Origin: Candidatus Krumholzibacteriota bacterium
GTDB taxonomy: Bacteria > Krumholzibacteriota > Krumholzibacteriia > JAJRXK01
DNA length: 64,000 nt
Direction: 5' to 3'
Assembly (NCBI GenBank): GCA_963727455.1
Contig: CAVSGG010000017.1
Coordinates: 128,001-192,000 of the forward strand
The position numbers were made by a program, and so were the translations under genes. The notes under the pieces are model-generated. The model was not told the origin of the DNA, searched no databases, and saw only the letters and a program-made list of their open reading frames with translations. Of this stretch, positions 59,102-64,000 are shown piece by piece (position 1 is the stretch's first letter; every line of letters begins with the position of its first letter).

Positions 59102-59222
59102 GTGTTCTCACTCGTGTTTTTCAGCGTTCTGTATTGGATCGGAATCGTCTTGACCAGTGTTGGGCATTCTCACTCTCATCGTTCTCTTCTTGATCGATGC
59201 TGGAAGGAAGAAGCTATGGTAA
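59102..59222 (+). CDS. 39-aa single-TM protein obscured by one extra base
   Basis: Removing one G from the GGG run at 59162-59164 gives MFSLVFFSVLYWIGIVLTSVGILTLIVLFLIDAGRKKLW*. Its TAA overlaps the next ATG (TAATG). GGAGG RBS upstream. Confidence 0.6.
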
Positions 59223-60333
59223 TGGCGCCGGATTCAATTTCCCAAAAGTCCGCTAACGATCTCTCGAGAGCCAAGCCTGGACTCAATTCCAAGGGAGGAG
59301 TGCTCGATCCGGGCAAGCTCCTCGAGGCACACGGGCAGACCATAGACTTCGAGCGTCTGCATTCCCTCAGTGGAAAGTCGATCCTCGGCGTTGAACAACT
59401 CAGTCGCGAATCGGTCATCGAGCTGTGCAAATTCAGCGCTCTCTTGGAACGCACCGAAATCGCCAGCCACCACCCGTTGGACGGGAAGATCTGTATCACC
59501 GCGTTCTTTGAGGCGAGTACGCGCACGCGTCTTTCCTTCGAGAGTGCCGTTCTGCGACTCGACGGAAAGATGCTGAGCGTGCCCGACGGGCGAGTCACGG
59601 GCGTGGCCAAGGGAGAATCGCTGGAGGACATCGGCGAGATGTTCAACAGCCTATGGCGATCTGGTCGTCATGCGACACCCCGAAACTGATGCCGTCGAGC
59701 GGATCTCCAGAAATCTCACCCTTCCGCTTGATCAATGCGGGCAACGGCTCGGGGCAGCATCCCACGCAGGCCCTGCTCGATTGGTACGCCCTCTTGAAAT
59801 GGCGGCCCGAGCTCGTCTGGCGCGAGGTCAAGCCCGAGAAGAAGATCCATCTCGGAATCATCGGTACCCCGGGCAGCATGCGCGCGGTCAAGAGTTTCCT
59901 GCGAATGTCCCTGTTGTTCCACCATGCTATCGACCGCATCACCGTGGTCTCCGAAATGCGAGATCCATTGGGTCCGCGGCTGAGAGAACTCACGAAGAAC
60001 TCGTCTGTCGAGCTGAAGTGTACCGACGACGTTTCCAAGATCTTGCCCGAGCTGGATGTCATTTATATGAACTCCATCGCCTTTCTCGGAGATAGTTATC
60101 GACAAATGGACTCGCGCTTCAGCCTGAGCCACAAGAGTTCCCTGAAGAAGGGTGCGGTGGTGCTCCATCCTCTCGCACGCCGGCAGGAACTCTCGGAGTC
60201 CCTCGACGCCAGTCAGCACAACCTCTACTTCGCACAGGCCTCCGGGGCGGTTTTCATGCGTCAGGCTTTACTCATCACCATTCTGGATCGCATTCGCGCG
60301 CTGCCCAAGAGCGTGCTCTATCTTGTCAGCTGA
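59222..60333 (+). CDS. Aspartate carbamoyltransferase-like paralogue (about 369 aa) interrupted by two +1 frameshifts near 59648 and 59728
   Basis: FFEASTRTRLSFESA and KGESLED, then +1 frame YGDLVVMRHP, then +2 frame LINAGNGSGQHPTQALLD and HPLARR. 1112 nt minus 2 equals 370 codons. Confidence 0.85.
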
Positions 60334-60353
60334 GAAGAAGGGAAGGGACCACC

Positions 60354-62321
60354 GTGTGCGGGATCGTCGGAACTTGGAAACTCGATAAGGTAGAGGATGC
60401 CGAGCGCGCTGCACTCGAAGACGCCATGGAGCTCCTGAAGCACCGGGGGCCGGACGGCAGGGGCCGGCACATCGATGAGGATCGTGGCTTGGCCATGGGC
60501 CACACGAGACTCTCCATCATCGACCTCAAGACGGGGGACCAGCCCTTGATCGACTCCGTCACCAAAAATGTGCTCACGGTCAACGGCGAGTTTTATGATT
60601 ACAAGACCATACGCGCCCAACTCGCCACGAAGGGACATCGCTTCCAAACCAAGTCGGACAGTGAGATCGCGCTGCATCTGTTGCGTGTTCACGGACTCGA
60701 CTTCGTTCACCATCTGCGTGGCGAGTTTGCCTTCGCGCTCTATGATCGGGCGGAAGACCGCCTCCTTTTGGTTCGGGACCGCTTCGGAATCAAACCACTG
60801 TACTACCATTTCAGCGAAGATCGCATCGTCTACGCTTCTGAAGTCAAGGCCATCCTGGCCATGCCGAACCTGCCGCGAGTACTGTCCCGTCAGGCCGCGC
60901 TCAACCAGCTCATGCACGTCATGGTTCCGGGCACCACCGCTTTTGAGGGAGTGAAGGCCGTGAAGCCCGGTCACATGCTCTCGATTCGCAAGCGCAACGG
61001 CCGCCTGGAGTTGAAGGAGATAAAGTACTGGGACATGGAGTTTCCCGAGTCGAAGGCGTACAAGCGCAAGCGTGACCCCAATCTCTTCATCGAGGAGGTG
61101 CGAGAGGGTCTCATTGACGCGGTTCGAACTCGTCTGGAGGCCGACGTTCCGGTGGGTTGCTATCTCTCGGGCGGAATCGACAGCTGCTCCATGCTCGGCT
61201 TGGCCACTCCAATGCAGCAGAGTCCGGTCAAGGCATTCACGATCAGCTTCGACCACGCCGACTACGACGAATCCAAGATCGCGGCGGAGATGGCTGAACG
61301 AACGGGAGCCGATCAGGTCGTACTCCGACTGAAGGGTGAGGATCTTTACGGCGGTCCCTACGTCCGCGCGGTGTGGCACGCGGAGAGAACTTTCTACAAC
61401 ACCCTCGGAGTGGCGAAGTGGCACATGAGCCGCCGCGTGCACGATTGTGGATTCAAGGTGGTGGTGACGGGCGAGGGTTCCGACGAACTCTTCGCCGGCT
61501 ATCCCTTCTTCAAACGCGACTATTTCCAGCAGGATCCCAAGGCGAGCAAGAGCAAGAGAGAGTCTGCTGCCTCGGACGCTCTCTTCCAGGGCGCCATTCT
61601 GGCTGAGGAGCAATCCCATCACCCCGCGTTCGATGATCTGTGCGGTTTCACTCCGTCCTGGATTCAGCCCTGGCTGCTCACACTGAAGGAAATTCAGCCG
61701 CTCCTCACGGCTGGAATGCGCGAAGAACTCTCAGATTACGATCCGGTGGCAGCGATCGCCGAGCAAATCGATCCGAAAATGCTGCGCGGGCGACATCCAC
61801 TGGACAAGGCGCAGTACACCTGGATCAAGACCATGCTCGAGGGACAGATCCTGAGCTGGGGGGGAGACAGGGTCGACATGGCCAACTCAATGGAGAGTCG
61901 ACCCGCATTTTTGGACCATCATCTCGCCGAGCTGGCGACGACGATTCCTCCGGAACTGAGAATCAGGAACGGGGTAGAGAAATGGGTGTTGCGCGAAGCA
62001 ATGAAGGGCGTGCTCCCGAAGACTCTCTACGAGCGGCCGAAATTTGCGTTCATGGCGCCGCCCAGTCGCACCAACCAGGGCAATCGCCGCGCGGTGGAAC
62101 CTCTCCTGCGCTTGCTCTTGAATCGCGAATCTGTCGAACAGGCCGAGCTTCTCGATCCTGGCGCCGTGGATTCGTTCTTGAAAGAATGGCGCGGTCAACG
62201 CGACGCGGCGCGTTCCCGCCGCCTCGACATCATTCTGAATCACATTTTGGGCTTACAAATTCTCCACAGCGAGTTCGTGGAGGCGAAACCGGGCGCGTCG
62301 CTCGCGCGTGCTTACGCGTAA
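60354..62321 (+). CDS. asnB: Asparagine synthase (glutamine-hydrolysing) family amidotransferase
   Basis: N-terminal MCGI (Ntn Cys), HRGPD, RLSIID, NGEFY, RDRFGIKPLY, YLSGGIDS, TGEGSDE and EKWVLREAM. Confidence 0.93.
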   Translation: MCGIVGTWKLDKVEDAERAALEDAMELLKHRGPDGRGRHIDEDRGLAMGHTRLSIIDLKTGDQPLIDSVTKNVLTVNGEFYDYKTIRAQLATKGHRFQTKSDSEIALHLLRVHGLDFVHHLRGEFAFALYDRAEDRLLLVRDRFGIKPLYYHFSEDRIVYASEVKAILAMPNLPRVLSRQAALNQLMHVMVPGTTAFEGVKAVKPGHMLSIRKRNGRLELKEIKYWDMEFPESKAYKRKRDPNLFIEEVREGLIDAVRTRLEADVPVGCYLSGGIDSCSMLGLATPMQQSPVKAFTISFDHADYDESKIAAEMAERTGADQVVLRLKGEDLYGGPYVRAVWHAERTFYNTLGVAKWHMSRRVHDCGFKVVVTGEGSDELFAGYPFFKRDYFQQDPKASKSKRESAASDALFQGAILAEEQSHHPAFDDLCGFTPSWIQPWLLTLKEIQPLLTAGMREELSDYDPVAAIAEQIDPKMLRGRHPLDKAQYTWIKTMLEGQILSWGGDRVDMANSMESRPAFLDHHLAELATTIPPELRIRNGVEKWVLREAMKGVLPKTLYERPKFAFMAPPSRTNQGNRRAVEPLLRLLLNRESVEQAELLDPGAVDSFLKEWRGQRDAARSRRLDIILNHILGLQILHSEFVEAKPGASLARAYA

Positions 62322-62365
62322 ACGACTCGCCCGGAGTGTCATGCCGTGAGGCTACGATTGGATCG

Positions 62366-62773
62366 TCAGCGGATCGGAATCATGGGGCATTCGAAACGCT
62401 TCACCACGTCGCCAATCGAAATCTGACCGGCATCTACCGCGTCATGGATCTCTTCCGCGTTGGTGAATTGCTTCGGAGAGATCGTCAGCCAATTGATGGG
62501 ACGGACCTTCCAGCGGCCACCATTGAAGTCCATGTCCCCGGGCGCCGCGTCCGCGACGTTGGCCAGTTCACCGCCCAAGACATAGATGGTATCAAACTTC
62601 CCGTGGTCAGGGAGAGCCGTCGGGGTCCCGATTGTTTTGAACTGCTGGTCGTGAGCATAGATCACCCCATCCGGGGGGCCGCCCTTGGCAAAGGCGACGG
62701 ATCCGAAAGTGAGGCTCATGGCCAGAGCCATAACAAGAGCTGTGAGGAAAAATGAAGTTCTACGCGTTCTCAT
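62366..62773 (-). CDS. Small secreted hypothetical protein
   Basis: AGAGGAG RBS, signal ending AFA-K, then VADAAPGDMDFNGGRW...FECPMIP. Confidence 0.75.
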   Translation of the reverse strand: MRTRRTSFFLTALVMALAMSLTFGSVAFAKGGPPDGVIYAHDQQFKTIGTPTALPDHGKFDTIYVLGGELANVADAAPGDMDFNGGRWKVRPINWLTISPKQFTNAEEIHDAVDAGQISIGDVVKRFECPMIPIR

Positions 62774-63605
62774 GAACGAATCTCCTCTGATGTGAGTGAA
62801 GTGCGCCACTGGCCAAAGCCACGCTGGCGCTCTTTGGTCTCCGGTGGGATCGGTGGAGGACTTACGGCTCGGTCGTCGGGATGTGACCGAACCACCGTGC
62901 GAAGATCGGCGGCACACCTTTTCTGCCTTGGGACGCGAGGGGCTTGAATTGAGAGATTCCGGATCTTTTGCTCGTGATGGTCCACGAGGATTGCCACGCC
63001 AGTCACAGCTTCGATTCAAGAAGGCAACCATGCGCTGCTTTGGCGCCCCGCTCGCGCTGTGCTCGGCGTGCGCGCTCTTTGCTTGCTCGAACACCAGCAG
63101 GTCCAATTTCATGGTGCAGTTCCACTGAGTCTCGCTCACCTTGGTGTGCGGCGGCACCTTCCGTGCGAAGACCTTGGACGCAGTGAACTGCGTGTGGCCG
63201 TCGAATCCCGACGACTGTTTCACGGCGGCCTTCATGTTGCTGGGCGGTTCTTTCACTGGAGAGTCGGGCCGGTCATTGGTATTCAGGGTCAGCGATGCCG
63301 GCGAACTGGAAGGTGTGCTCGACACGGTCCGATTCGGATTGGTCGACCCCTCCTAAGAGCCGGTCCGCGACAGCTTCGAAGGAGGTCCGGGCGGAGACTT
63401 TCCCACAATACCAGCCTGTCTGGGCTCACGGCGTTCCGCCTTGGACAGCGGCGAAGTGGTCGTTAATGCGCCCCCGGAGTTGTCGCGAAACACAGAGGAG
63501 TCCGTTGCCTCGGGCTCGGTGAGCCCGAGATTGCCGTGCTGTGCCCGGTCCTGATAGAATGGATCGGTCCCCTCCCCGCCCATTCCCCAGGACCAGGAAG
63601 AAGCC

Positions 63606-64000
63606 ATGGATGCCAGTCCCGCGCGTCGCGCACTTTCGTTCCTTTTCCCTGCTTTCCTTTTACTTCTCACTTCAGGCGTTTCCTACGCGGATACGATCCT
63701 GCAAAACGACGGCTACACTTCGGGTGCGAATGTCGGTTTTCAGGGGGGGTTCGTCACTGGAGAAATCGGTGCATCGCGCTTCCTTTTGCCGGGATCCAAT
63801 CCCGTGCAGCTCAAGAGCGTCATCTTACTGCTGGGTGGAGCCTCGACTCAGGTCACCATTACGCTGCACGTTTGGGATGACTCGTCCTTGGGCAACGATC
63901 CTGGCAGCGAGCTGTACAGCGGCGACTACCAACTCATAGGCTCGGACAACAACCTGCAGCAGATCGATTTGAGCGGGCAGAGCATCTTCGTATCCGCTCC
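63606..64000 (+). CDS. Secreted hypothetical protein, truncated by the window end
   Basis: AGGAAG then ATG 63606; MDASPARRALSFLFPAFLLLLTSGVSYA-DTILQNDG... stays open to 64000 (absent from the ORF track because it has no stop). Confidence 0.75.
   Translation, partial: MDASPARRALSFLFPAFLLLLTSGVSYADTILQNDGYTSGANVGFQGGFVTGEIGASRFLLPGSNPVQLKSVILLLGGASTQVTITLHVWDDSSLGNDPGSELYSGDYQLIGSDNNLQQIDLSGQSIFVSA

Noticed and set aside
59640-59735. Programmed frameshifting in the transcarbamylase gene
   Set aside because: Two separate shifts would be needed, no slippery heptamer is evident, and similar indels occur nearby. Sequencing error or mutation is simpler.
63126-63128. Selenocysteine read-through at the in-frame TGA
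   Set aside because: No redox motif context, no convincing SECIS-like hairpin and no sel genes in the window.

Overview
GC-rich bacterial chromosomal segment. Secreted proteins ending in FlgD-Ig-like domains or a short SWGxxKxx[YF] tail suggest an uncultured FCB-related lineage such as Krumholzibacteriota/Eisenbacteria (inference). Positions 0.4-25 kb are mostly housekeeping: a degenerate radical-SAM/DUF2344 fusion, rne, a rhomboid, LOG, an archaeal-type GAPDH homologue, a PP2C sensor, pepF, glnA, tRNA-Leu(CAG), smpB-amidase-GerMN-murI-rph-rdgB and tRNA-Pro(TGG). Positions 25-38 kb hold accessory envelope genes: a stretch with many frameshifts, GT2/LAB_N/ArnT, and DUF4956-CotH-VTC. Positions 38-55.6 kb form a beta-1,3-glucan utilisation locus (GH1, GH16, GH17, GH149, a clan-A GH fused to a probable beta-barrel, an MFS transporter, a ROK repressor). 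It has no SusC/SusD and carries four copies of a 23-bp palindrome, CTTTGTTCG-N5-CGAACAAAG. Positions 55.8-62.3 kb are an operon led by a CosR/EctR-like MarR regulator, with a methyltransferase, a Na+/solute symporter, a hidden 39-aa membrane protein, an ATCase paralogue that has lost its aspartate side-chain residues, and an AsnB-type amidotransferase. This operon is the best candidate for an undescribed system: a possible pathway to an N-carbamoyl-amino-acid-amide osmolyte such as N-alpha-carbamoyl-L-glutamine 1-amide. All family assignments were made by eye from motifs; no searches were run.
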